This document shows, piece by piece, positions 1 to 8,425 of a stretch of DNA of 64,000 bases; the stretch's first letter is position 1; the number at the start of each line of letters is the position of its first letter. The notes below the pieces were generated by a model. It had not been told where the DNA came from. It made no database searches and worked only from the letters and a program-made list of their open reading frames with translations. This DNA is from an uncultured Planctomycetales bacterium (GTDB lineage Bacteria; Planctomycetota; PLA2; JAEUHO01), in assembly GCA_964586025.1 (NCBI GenBank), contig CAZPGF010000001.1, positions 29,544-93,543 of the forward strand, written 5' to 3'. The position numbers and the translations under genes were made by a program.

Positions 1-147
1 CGCCGCCGGATCGCTGACCGCGACCCGCGCCGTCGCGCGATTGAGGCGCCGGCGGCCCACGATGACGTCCGAGAACGCCAACCGCCGTGCCTCCGCCGCG
101 AAGTCGTAGGTGCCCGCGCCGGGCGAGACTGTCCGTGAGTGCGCCAA
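1..147 (-). CDS. partial ORF (N-terminal part only, continues past window start); unknown function
   Basis: Reverse-strand frame reads LAHSRTVSPGAGTYDFAAEARRLAFSDVIVGRRRLNRATARVAVSDPAA without stops to the window edge. Only a TTG start candidate (145-147) was found. Protein-like composition. Confidence 0.2.
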   Translation of the reverse strand, partial: MAHSRTVSPGAGTYDFAAEARRLAFSDVIVGRRRLNRATARVAVSDPAA

Positions 148-160
148 GGGGTTCCGCCCT

Positions 161-559
161 TCAATTCCCGATCGGCTCGGGCTGGTACTCGTTTGCGGAG
201 ATCGAAACCGAGCCGCCGCGGACGACGATCGAGACCCAGGTCTCCCCCTCGATGTCCACGACCTGCTGCACCGCGACGCCCGCCTCGCGCAGGCGCACCG
301 CGACCGGATACGCGCCGTCGCGAACGTAGACGGTCGGCAGTTCGACCGTCGGAACCCCGCGGGGGTAGGTGACCACGTCGCGCACGACGGCGTAGGCGCC
401 GAGCGCGATGTCTGCCGTCACGTGGCCGCCGGCCGCCGCCAGGCCCGGGACCGAGAGCCACACATGGACGGGCGACTCGCGGCGCTCGACGTCGAAGCTC
501 TTCGAGCAGGAGCCGGCGAGGATCGCCAGGAAGAGGAGCAGGGGTGCCGGCCGCCTCAT
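161..559 (-). CDS. small hypothetical lipoprotein
   Basis: ORF track 161..559. N-terminus MRRPAPLLLFLAILAGSCS has a hydrophobic h-region and a lipobox-like LAGSC. Divergent from pyrB. Confidence 0.5.
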   Translation of the reverse strand: MRRPAPLLLFLAILAGSCSKSFDVERRESPVHVWLSVPGLAAAGGHVTADIALGAYAVVRDVVTYPRGVPTVELPTVYVRDGAYPVAVRLREAGVAVQQVVDIEGETWVSIVVRGGSVSISANEYQPEPIGN

Positions 560-677
560 GAGGGAAGGCTACCGGAACGGCGCCGGGTTGCGACCCCCCG
601 CGCACCGCGTGAACCGCTCGCGACACGCGGCGCGGGCGGTAGACTCGCGCCCCGCGGGCCCGAGGAGGACCGGACGC

Positions 678-1661
678 ATGGCCGACCAGGCAGCGGCTTC
701 GCTTGCCTTCCACGGCCGGAGCGTCGTTTCCAGCGAGGATGTCTCCCGCGACGACATCCTGCTGCTCCTCGATGTCGCGCGCGCGATGCAGCAGTGCGAC
801 GGGGGCGTCGGCCGAGGGTGGGGCGCGGTGCCCCACACCCTGGCCGGCCGCGTGCTCGGGCTCCTGTTCTTCGAACCGTCCACGCGCACGCGCCTCAGCT
901 TCGAGAGCGCCATGCTGCGACTCGGCGGCACCGCCATCGGCTTCGCCGACGCGCGCATGTCATCGCTCTCGAAGGGCGAGAGCCTGCTCGACACGATTCG
1001 CGTCGTCGAAGGCTACTGCGACGCGATCGTGTTGCGCCACCCGCGGGAGGGCGCCGCGCGGCTCGCCGCCGAGACCGCGCACGTCCCCGTGATCAACGGC
1101 GGTGACGGCAGCAACCAGCATCCGACGCAAACGCTGCTCGACCTCTTCACCATGCGTGAGGCGACCGGACGGCTCGACGGCCTCCGCATCGCGTTCCTCG
1201 GTGACCTGCGCTACGGACGCACCGTCCACAGCCTGGCGTCCGCGCTCTGCCACTTCGATGTCGAGCTCTCCTTCGTGGCTCCGGACGGCCTGCGCATTCC
1301 CTCCCAGTTGCGCGAACAGGTTGCCGCCCGCGGTCGTCTCGGACGCGAGGTGGAGCAGCTCGAACGACTGCCGCCGATCGACGTGCTCTACGTCACGCGG
1401 ATCCAGAAGGAACGGTTCCCGGATCCTCTGGAGTACGAGCGGGTCCGCGACGCGTACCGCGTGGATCGCGCCGCCCTCGAGCCGTTCGGCGACGACCTGA
1501 AGGTGCTCCATCCGTTGCCTCGTGTGAACGAGGTGTCGCCGGACGTCGATGACCATCCCGGCGCGCTCTACTTCCAGCAGACCCGCAACGGCGTCGCGGT
1601 GAGGATGGCGCTCTTGCACCTCATCCTGGGCGGGGCGCCGGAGGCGATCGCTCATGTCTGA
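678..1661 (+). CDS. pyrB: aspartate carbamoyltransferase catalytic subunit
   Basis: STRTR and HPTQ motifs plus an LGDLRYGRTVHS motif typical of ATCase. ATG at 678 chosen (MADQAAAS...) in frame with track ORF 408..1661. Confidence 0.9.
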   Translation: MADQAAASLAFHGRSVVSSEDVSRDDILLLLDVARAMQQCDGGVGRGWGAVPHTLAGRVLGLLFFEPSTRTRLSFESAMLRLGGTAIGFADARMSSLSKGESLLDTIRVVEGYCDAIVLRHPREGAARLAAETAHVPVINGGDGSNQHPTQTLLDLFTMREATGRLDGLRIAFLGDLRYGRTVHSLASALCHFDVELSFVAPDGLRIPSQLREQVAARGRLGREVEQLERLPPIDVLYVTRIQKERFPDPLEYERVRDAYRVDRAALEPFGDDLKVLHPLPRVNEVSPDVDDHPGALYFQQTRNGVAVRMALLHLILGGAPEAIAHV

Positions 1662-2097
1662 ACACGCGACGATGCGCGGGCCGAAGGACTTCCGCCTGGT
1701 CGATGGGACGGTGATCGACCACCTGCCCGCCGGGACCGCCAGCGAGGCACTGCGTCTGCTCGGGCTGCCCCGGGACGGGGCGGTCACGATCGGGATGAAC
1801 GTCCCGAGCCAGCGGATCGGTCGCAAGGACATCGTCCGGGTCGAAGGGCTCTACCTGTCGAAGGGCGAACTCGATCGCCTGTCGCTGCTGGGGACCAGCG
1901 TCACGGTCAGCATCGTGCAGGGCGGCGACGTGACGTCGAAGACCGAACTGACCGTGCCCGAGCGTCTCATCGGCGTGCTCACGTGCCGCAATCCGACCTG
2001 CATCACGAATGACGAGCGCGTGCCGTCGGTGTTCGTGCGACTCCCCGGCACCCCGATCCGCCTGCGCTGCCACTACTGCGAGCGCGTCGTCAGTTGA
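1654..2097 (+). CDS. pyrI: aspartate carbamoyltransferase regulatory subunit
   Basis: 147-aa product with C-terminal Zn-binding Cys pairs (CRNPTC...CHYCE), typical of PyrI. Overlaps the pyrB stop by 8 nt. Confidence 0.9.
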   Translation: MSEHATMRGPKDFRLVDGTVIDHLPAGTASEALRLLGLPRDGAVTIGMNVPSQRIGRKDIVRVEGLYLSKGELDRLSLLGTSVTVSIVQGGDVTSKTELTVPERLIGVLTCRNPTCITNDERVPSVFVRLPGTPIRLRCHYCERVVS

Positions 2098-2815
2098 CCC
2101 GCGGCGCGAGGCGCGCGAGCGCGCGGTCGATCGCCGGAACGAAGCTCGCCGCATCGAGCGTGCCCGCACCCGGGTGACGCGAGAAGAAGTGATTCAGATC
2201 CGCCAGGACGTCGAGCTGCGCATGCTGCGGGAGCGCGGCACGCAACTCCTCGGGAGGCGACACGACATCGTTCTCTCCGACGAGCACGACGGTCGGCGGG
2301 CGCAGCGCGCCGAGGGAGCGGGCCACGTCCGGATCGTAGGCGGCGTCGCTGACCGGACGACCGAGCAGCAGATTGCCGAAGTCGCGCGACGTTCGCGGCA
2401 CGCGTGTCGCCGGCGCGAGCAGGAGCAACCCGTCGAAGGCCGGCGTGCGCGCATCGCCCGACGCGAGGAGCGACGCGAGCACACGCGCGCCGTAGGAGAA
2501 CCCGCCCGCGAGGCGGACGCCGAGGCCCGCCCGGCGCGCCGCTTCGTCGGCGGCGCGGCGCCAGTCCTCGAAGTGGCCTTCGAGGTCGCCGTCGCTTCCC
2601 TCGCTCGCGCGGACGCCGCGGAAGTCGAAGCGCAGCGCCAGCAGGCCCGCCCGCGAGGCGCGCTCCGCGGTCGTCACCACGATCGGATGGTCCATGTGCC
2701 CGCCGTGGCGGGGATGGGGGTGCGCGACGACGAGGCTGCCGCGCGACGGGCCGTCCGGAAGGTGCACCCGCGCGTCGAGTCGGTGGACTCCCGAGGCGAT
2801 CGTCAGCTCGATCAC
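2090..2815 (-). CDS. alpha/beta-fold hydrolase (dienelactone-hydrolase-like)
   Basis: 241 aa; nucleophile-elbow-like GFSYG, overall alpha/beta hydrolase pattern. Overlaps the pyrI end convergently. Confidence 0.65.
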   Translation of the reverse strand: MIELTIASGVHRLDARVHLPDGPSRGSLVVAHPHPRHGGHMDHPIVVTTAERASRAGLLALRFDFRGVRASEGSDGDLEGHFEDWRRAADEAARRAGLGVRLAGGFSYGARVLASLLASGDARTPAFDGLLLLAPATRVPRTSRDFGNLLLGRPVSDAAYDPDVARSLGALRPPTVVLVGENDVVSPPEELRAALPQHAQLDVLADLNHFFSRHPGAGTLDAASFVPAIDRALARLAPRVN

Positions 2816-3582
2816 TCCGGCGCGGGCTCGGGGTCGAGTTCGGCGGCGAGCGCCGCGTAGTCCTCAGCGCCCGCCGAGTTCGGTTCGTACGCGAAGATGT
2901 GGTCCTGGTAGCCGGGGGCCTCGGCGAGACGCACGTTCTGGCGGATCCGCGTGCGGAGCAACCGATCGCCGTAGTGCGAACGCACCTCCTGGATCACCTC
3001 GCGCGCGAGCTTCGTCACGGGGTTCACGAGCGTCGGCAGGATGCCCAGGATCTCGATCCGCGGATTGACGTGCTCGCGGACCATCTGGACGATGCGATCC
3101 AGTTGACCGAGACCACGCATCGCGAAGTATTCCGTCTGGACCGTGATCAAGACATGCCCGGCCGCCGCCATGGCGTTCAGCGAAAGCAGGCCGAGGCTCG
3201 GCGGGCAGTCGATCAGCACCCAGTCGTAGCGGTCGTCGCCGAGCGCGGCGAGCGCGCGCGAGAGCCGCAACTCGCGGCCCAGTTCCCCGGCGAGTTCCTG
3301 CTCGGTCGCGGCGAGGTCGGGATGGGACGGGACGACGGCCAACCCCGGCGTCGGCGTCGCGACGGTCGCCTCGTCCACCGTGGCGTCCCCGAGCAACACC
3401 TCGTACACGGTCGCCTTCGCGGCGGCGGCATCGATCCCGAGATGGTCGGTGAGGTTGCCTTGGGGATCCGCGTCGATGAGCAGCACGCGTCGCCCGCGGA
3501 GCGCGAGCGCGGCGCCGAGGTTGACCGCCGTGGTGGTCTTCCCCACGCCGCCCTTCTGATTCAGGATTGCCGTGACCCGCAC
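2812..3582 (-). CDS. ParA/MinD-family P-loop ATPase (orphan; no parB adjacent)
   Basis: Deviant Walker A NQKGGVGKTT, DADPQGN, and LIDCPPSLG motifs. GTG at 3582 gives MRVTAILNQKGG; the track ORF extends to ATG 3627. Confidence 0.8.
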   Translation of the reverse strand: MRVTAILNQKGGVGKTTTAVNLGAALALRGRRVLLIDADPQGNLTDHLGIDAAAAKATVYEVLLGDATVDEATVATPTPGLAVVPSHPDLAATEQELAGELGRELRLSRALAALGDDRYDWVLIDCPPSLGLLSLNAMAAAGHVLITVQTEYFAMRGLGQLDRIVQMVREHVNPRIEILGILPTLVNPVTKLAREVIQEVRSHYGDRLLRTRIRQNVRLAEAPGYQDHIFAYEPNSAGAEDYAALAAELDPEPAPE

Positions 3583-3796
3583 CCGGGGAGCGTACCCACC
3601 CGCTCCAGGGATTGGCGGAAGTGTCATGGCCGGGCTCCGCTCCGGGGGCGTCGAGCGCCCGGCGGCGAACGCGAAGGGAAGGGATGCCCTCGGCGGATTG
3701 AGTCGTCAGGGGTCCTGCGGCAGGAGCGCCGGGCCTGATCGCCCCCGATCTGCGAAGCCGTTCCTCCGCAAGGCCCAAGCCCCCGTGTACGACCAC

Positions 3797-4978
3797 TCAG
3801 GCGGACAGGAGGTCGAGGAGAACCGTCGCAAAGCTGCCCGGCGGTAGGACGAACCGTGCGATCACGTCGTGCGGCCCCGCGCGTACCAGCGACGCCTCGC
3901 GGACCGGCACGACGAGCGGGCGACGCAGGCCCGGACTGCGCACGAAGGGATTGCGCCACACCGCCGGATCGTCGCCCTCGGCCTCGAGGATCGCGGCCTC
4001 GAGGCTGCCCGGCTCGCCATGGGGTCCCCGCAGGCCGAACCCGGGAAGCGGGCCGGTCGGCACGTACCGCCCCGGTTCAGCCGGGGCATCGGCGCGGGCC
4101 GTGACCATGGCGCCGTCCTTGCCGAGCCAGGCGATGTCGCCCTCCAGCACCCGATTCCACGTCCCGGCGGCGATCCGCTCGTCAAGGACGCGGTTGAACA
4201 GGTAGCTCTGCCAGGCGGAGACCCAGATCCTCCGGCGGCTCTTCTCCACCGATTCGATCCACGACGCGGCGTCGCCGCCGCGCGCGCGATGCGACAGCGC
4301 GCGCTTCTCCAGCCGGTGCCGGATCGGCATCTGCTCGGCGGCGATCTCGAACTCGCCCCGGTCGAACGCCGCACGGGCCGCGCGCACGTCGGTGTCGTGC
4401 TCGAGCGGCGAGGGCGTGCCGACCACGCGTGCGAGCATCCCCTCGTAGTCCCCGTGGACGAGCGAGCGGCCGACCAGGTGGCCGTCGAGGCGGGTGCCGA
4501 AGCGCTGTCCGCCGTAGGCGTTCGGCATCCCTTCGCGGACGATCCGTTCGAGACACCGTCGAGCGCGCTCGAAGGCATCGGTGCGGATGTCGCGAATACG
4601 GATCGTGAAGCGGTTTCCGAGCAGATGGCCGATCTTCAGCGGTGCGTCGTGTCGCGCCGCCGAGAGCACGCGCCACCGGGGCGTGACGCATCGCGCGAGC
4701 CGATCCGGCGAGACCTTCGGGATCGTCAGGTACTGCGTCGTGACCGCGCGGCTGTCCTTCAGCCCGGCGTATCCGATGGTCCGCTCGCTGACGCGCGCCG
4801 CCTTGCTGACGAAGAGCAGCGCGTCGAACGTGCTCGTGAGGCGCTTCTCGATCTGGACGAGGGCGTAGCGGCCCGCGCCCGTGGCGCGGGCCAACGGGAT
4901 CTCCTCGACGCGGAAGTCCTCGGGCGCGACACGCAAACGCCCGCCGAGTCCGCCGCCGACGCCGGCGGGCCGGCGCAC
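3797..4978 (-). CDS. truD: tRNA pseudouridine(13) synthase TruD
   Basis: APEDFRVEE, GRYALVQIEKRLTSTFDAL and ERTIGYAGLKD motifs align with TruD. The 834-aa track ORF is a GC over-extension. GTG at 4978 sits about 18 aa before the PEDF motif, as in E. coli TruD. Confidence 0.8.
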   Translation of the reverse strand: MRRPAGVGGGLGGRLRVAPEDFRVEEIPLARATGAGRYALVQIEKRLTSTFDALLFVSKAARVSERTIGYAGLKDSRAVTTQYLTIPKVSPDRLARCVTPRWRVLSAARHDAPLKIGHLLGNRFTIRIRDIRTDAFERARRCLERIVREGMPNAYGGQRFGTRLDGHLVGRSLVHGDYEGMLARVVGTPSPLEHDTDVRAARAAFDRGEFEIAAEQMPIRHRLEKRALSHRARGGDAASWIESVEKSRRRIWVSAWQSYLFNRVLDERIAAGTWNRVLEGDIAWLGKDGAMVTARADAPAEPGRYVPTGPLPGFGLRGPHGEPGSLEAAILEAEGDDPAVWRNPFVRSPGLRRPLVVPVREASLVRAGPHDVIARFVLPPGSFATVLLDLLSA

Positions 4979-5037
4979 GCGGTCGGGGCGTTCCGGCGTG
5001 ACGCCGTCCGATGCGGACGTCGTCCGGTCGGCCGGGC

Positions 5038-6423
5038 CTACTCCCAGCGGTCCTTCCACTTCTTCTGCGGCACGATGCGGATGGACTCGATCGTGGCGCG
5101 GATCGCGGCGCCGTACCGCATCCAGCCTTCGCCGTGGACGCTCACGTAGAGGAGGAAGTCGTGGCTGCCCGAGAGCCAACCGAACTTGACGACGGTCTGG
5201 TCGCCGACGCTCGGATGCTTGCCGCCGATGACCGAGCGGTAGGCCGGGCCCGGCACCTTGAAGTCGGGTCCGACGTTCTTCGACTTCGGTGAGTCGAGCA
5301 TCTTGATCTTCTTCTCGAGCTCGCCGGACGACGCCTCCGGGTCGGGCTTGCGCCGCTTCTCGTCGGAGACGACATGGCGCGTCGCCTCGATCAGGTCCGG
5401 AACGAGCAGGAAGGTCGATCCGTTGGCGACCGTCGTCGGCTTCTTCGGCCAGGGATGCACCCAGACGTCGCCGATTGGATGCGACTCGAGAAAGCTCTGA
5501 TAGTGCTTGATGCCGACCTGTTCGGAGAGATTCACGCGAGCGACGTTGGCGACGTAGGGGATGGCCGAGAGGATGATCTGGTAGCCGCCGTACTGATCGG
5601 ATGCCTCGAACTTGACCAGGGTCGACTCCTCGGAGTCGCTCACCTCGGCCAGGTGCGGGTGCTTGAGCAAGACCAGCAGTTCCTTCTCGAACTCGTAGCG
5701 CTTCTCCTCGCCATCGCCGAGCGTCGCCCCGGCCGAGTCGCCGTCGGACGGAGGGCGTTCGGGGGGCTTCTCGGTCGCGTCGCTCGACTTCAACGCGTTC
5801 TGCGGGTCGAGGATCGTCAGCGCGTCGATCTCCATGAAGTCGAGGTCGGCACCGAGCGCCTCGGCGTCCTTCGCGGACGGCCATGCGTACATGCGCAGCA
5901 GGTAGACCCGCTTGTGGGCGAGCGCGACGAGCATGCGTCCCATGCACGTCCCCTCCTCGCCCGAAAGATTGTTCGCTTTGCCCTCGACGCGGAGCACGCG
6001 GCAGGGAATGTCGTCGTTCAGCGACTCCTCGCGCACGTCGACCGTGGGGGGGGTGCCGACGAAACGCGCGAGCAGGAAGGTGCGAATCGCCGCGTCGGCG
6101 GCCACCCCGTCGAGCGTCGCTCCTTCGGGCGCGGGCCGTATGGCGAGATGCAGGAGGCCGCCCTGACCGGAGCCCTTCGTACCGTCGAGCAACGTGTCGA
6201 GCCGGCGCTCCGCGGCGGTCACGATGCCGTGCTGCGCCCACGAGCTGTCCACCGGGAGGAGGCTCCAGCGCGCGGGGCTCTCCGGGACCTTCAGTTCGCA
6301 CTTGTGCTGGTCGCCACCGGACCAGAGTTCGGCGCGGACCTCGCGAGGGCCTCCCGCGAGGAGCGACGCCGCGACGGCGACGGCGAGCAGCGAGGCGAGT
6401 CCCGACCGATTCAACGAGCCCAT
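5038..6423 (-). CDS. secreted hypothetical protein (signal peptide), unknown function
   Basis: ATG at 6423 gives MGSLNRSGLASLLAVAVAASLLAG followed by a 440-aa Lys/Trp/Tyr-rich mature region. No family recognised. Overlaps the stop of the upstream gene. Confidence 0.6.
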   Translation of the reverse strand: MGSLNRSGLASLLAVAVAASLLAGGPREVRAELWSGGDQHKCELKVPESPARWSLLPVDSSWAQHGIVTAAERRLDTLLDGTKGSGQGGLLHLAIRPAPEGATLDGVAADAAIRTFLLARFVGTPPTVDVREESLNDDIPCRVLRVEGKANNLSGEEGTCMGRMLVALAHKRVYLLRMYAWPSAKDAEALGADLDFMEIDALTILDPQNALKSSDATEKPPERPPSDGDSAGATLGDGEEKRYEFEKELLVLLKHPHLAEVSDSEESTLVKFEASDQYGGYQIILSAIPYVANVARVNLSEQVGIKHYQSFLESHPIGDVWVHPWPKKPTTVANGSTFLLVPDLIEATRHVVSDEKRRKPDPEASSGELEKKIKMLDSPKSKNVGPDFKVPGPAYRSVIGGKHPSVGDQTVVKFGWLSGSHDFLLYVSVHGEGWMRYGAAIRATIESIRIVPQKKWKDRWE

Positions 6424-8285
6424 GCGAAACCCTTCTTCACGGAGTTCACCAGGTCCTTCACGCCCTTGTCGGCGGGGTTGCCGCCGATCTGGAGGCGCAC
6501 CCAGTACGTCGTCTGCTTGTGCTTGAAGACGTAGCCTTCCTCGACGTACGGAACGTCCTTGAAGCGCGCCGTGAACTCGTACTTCAGTCCCTTCTCGCCC
6601 TCGAATGCGCCTTGGCGGTGGTACGGCGGCTTTCCGGACTTCGAGCACTTCGCGGTGTCGCCGAGTCCCGCGAGCCACGCCTTCGCATGGTCGTCGATGA
6701 TCGACTCGGGCTCCTTTCGCTCGTTCTGCAATCGGGCGGCCGCCTCCGCCCAGATCGAGAAGTAGACGTACCCCTGGCCGTCCGGCGTTCGCCCCTCGAT
6801 CGCCATCTGCAATCCCTGCGACTTGGGCTGCGCGAGCGCGAGTTGGGCAAATGCCTTGGATTTCTTGAACGTCCAGCCGTCGGTCTCGGTGTAGCCGCCG
6901 AGGCTGGAGGCCGTACGAGGCGCCCACGAGAACCCGGGCAGCGCGAGCTGGGTCTCCTCGCCGAGTCCGATGCCCCGCGATCCCGTGAACGTGGCGAGCC
7001 CGTCCGTCGGAACCAGCGGCCCGGCGACGAAGTCGGTGGCCTCGATGAACCGCACGCCCTTCATCAGCTCGGCGAGGGGTCGTCCGAACGTCCGCGTGCG
7101 GTCCTTCTCGTATCCCTCGATCGTGAAGATCCAGCGGTAGAGCCAGCCGCGCAACACCGTTTCGATGAAGACGGCCGATGCGGTCCGGCCGTCGGCGCGC
7201 GTGCCCTCGCGTGTGACCATGATCGCCTTGCCGTTCCCGAGGTCGATCGGGCGGATCTGGGACCCGGTGCTGGCGACCTCGGAGAATCCGTAGATCTCCG
7301 GGATCAGGCGGTCGAACTCGGGCGAACGGACGAAGTCGGCCGGATCGTGCTGCCCGGCGAGCTCGAACAGGACGAGATAGCCCTGAAGGACGTTGGACTT
7401 CGGCGCGTCCTCGGGGTCGAACTCACCCTTGGTTCGCTCGACGCTCGCCATGACGTGGACGACCGGGGAGATGGAGGTCCTGTTGCCGTCCCGCTGGAAC
7501 GCGTTCTTGATGTCGCGGATCGGCGACCGCCAGGAGAAGGGCCCGTTCGCAGGAAGGGTCCACTCCAGGTTGTAGCCGGTGAAGGTCAGTTTGTTGCCCT
7601 CGCGGACCGGCCCGTCGGCCGGCCACGGCTCCTGGTCCGACGCACCGTCGTCCCGCTGCTCCGATCGCGGCGCGGAGCCGGCCTCGGTGAACGTCTCGGT
7701 GACGGTCTTCGTGCCGCCGCCCTTGATCAGCTGGAACCCGTCCCGAAGGGCGTTCAACTCGTCCAGGCGCGTCTCGTGCACGTCGTTCTGGATCAACAGG
7801 ATCAGGTGGTAGAAGGTGCCGTCACGCTCGATCGCATACCCGCGAATCTGGATCGACGTGTCGTGTTTGGTCTCGCCCGCGAGGATGACGACCTGACCAT
7901 CGATCCCGGCCAGCACCGTGGGGCGGCGCACGGTCGTTCGGACGCCGGCCGAAGCGAACGCCGCGAGCGAGGAGCGCATCTCCTCGATCCGCTCGTCGAC
8001 CGAGAGCCCGCCGGTCGGGCTCGACGTGCCGATCGCGACGACGTTCTTGTCGTCCGACACGGCGCGTGCGAACGAACCTGCGTCCTTGTCGATGGAAGAC
8101 AGTTCCTGCCACGTGTACTCGAAGTTGGGCAGGGTCCAGCGCACGTTGGCGCCGGGGTAGGAGGCGGTCAGATCGTCGGCGGCGCCGACGACGCCGTGCC
8201 CGGTGGCGAACACCAACGCAAGAACCAAGAGCGGTCGCAAGACGGCGCGGGACGCTCGGGCGGGAGGACGAGGGGAAGGGGACAT
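6411..8285 (-). CDS. secreted hypothetical protein (signal peptide), unknown function
   Basis: ATG at 8285 gives MSPSPRPPARASRAVLRPLLVLALVFATGHGVVGA. 624 aa, no recognised domain. Its 3-prime end overlaps the start of the 5038..6423 gene by 13 nt. Confidence 0.6.
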   Translation of the reverse strand: MSPSPRPPARASRAVLRPLLVLALVFATGHGVVGAADDLTASYPGANVRWTLPNFEYTWQELSSIDKDAGSFARAVSDDKNVVAIGTSSPTGGLSVDERIEEMRSSLAAFASAGVRTTVRRPTVLAGIDGQVVILAGETKHDTSIQIRGYAIERDGTFYHLILLIQNDVHETRLDELNALRDGFQLIKGGGTKTVTETFTEAGSAPRSEQRDDGASDQEPWPADGPVREGNKLTFTGYNLEWTLPANGPFSWRSPIRDIKNAFQRDGNRTSISPVVHVMASVERTKGEFDPEDAPKSNVLQGYLVLFELAGQHDPADFVRSPEFDRLIPEIYGFSEVASTGSQIRPIDLGNGKAIMVTREGTRADGRTASAVFIETVLRGWLYRWIFTIEGYEKDRTRTFGRPLAELMKGVRFIEATDFVAGPLVPTDGLATFTGSRGIGLGEETQLALPGFSWAPRTASSLGGYTETDGWTFKKSKAFAQLALAQPKSQGLQMAIEGRTPDGQGYVYFSIWAEAAARLQNERKEPESIIDDHAKAWLAGLGDTAKCSKSGKPPYHRQGAFEGEKGLKYEFTARFKDVPYVEEGYVFKHKQTTYWVRLQIGGNPADKGVKDLVNSVKKGFAWAR

Positions 8286-8425
8286 GCGGGAACGCGCTCC
8301 TCTCGGCGGGTGACCTCGGCGGCGGAAGGCGCCGCCCATGGTAGCGAACGCCGGCCCACGAGCCGGCGCACGGGTCGGATGTTCCTCCGTCGCGGGGATC
8401 ACCCCCGCCGGGTTCGTCCTGGGGG

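Noticed and set aside
2812-3627. parAB partition locus
   Set aside because: No ParB/Spo0J-like (GxRR, HTH) ORF follows or precedes the ParA-like gene.
3797-6301. 834-aa ORF suggesting a giant TruD
   Set aside because: Only the C-terminal 393 aa match TruD. The upstream part overlaps a well-supported signal-peptide gene in another frame and is Arg-rich filler.
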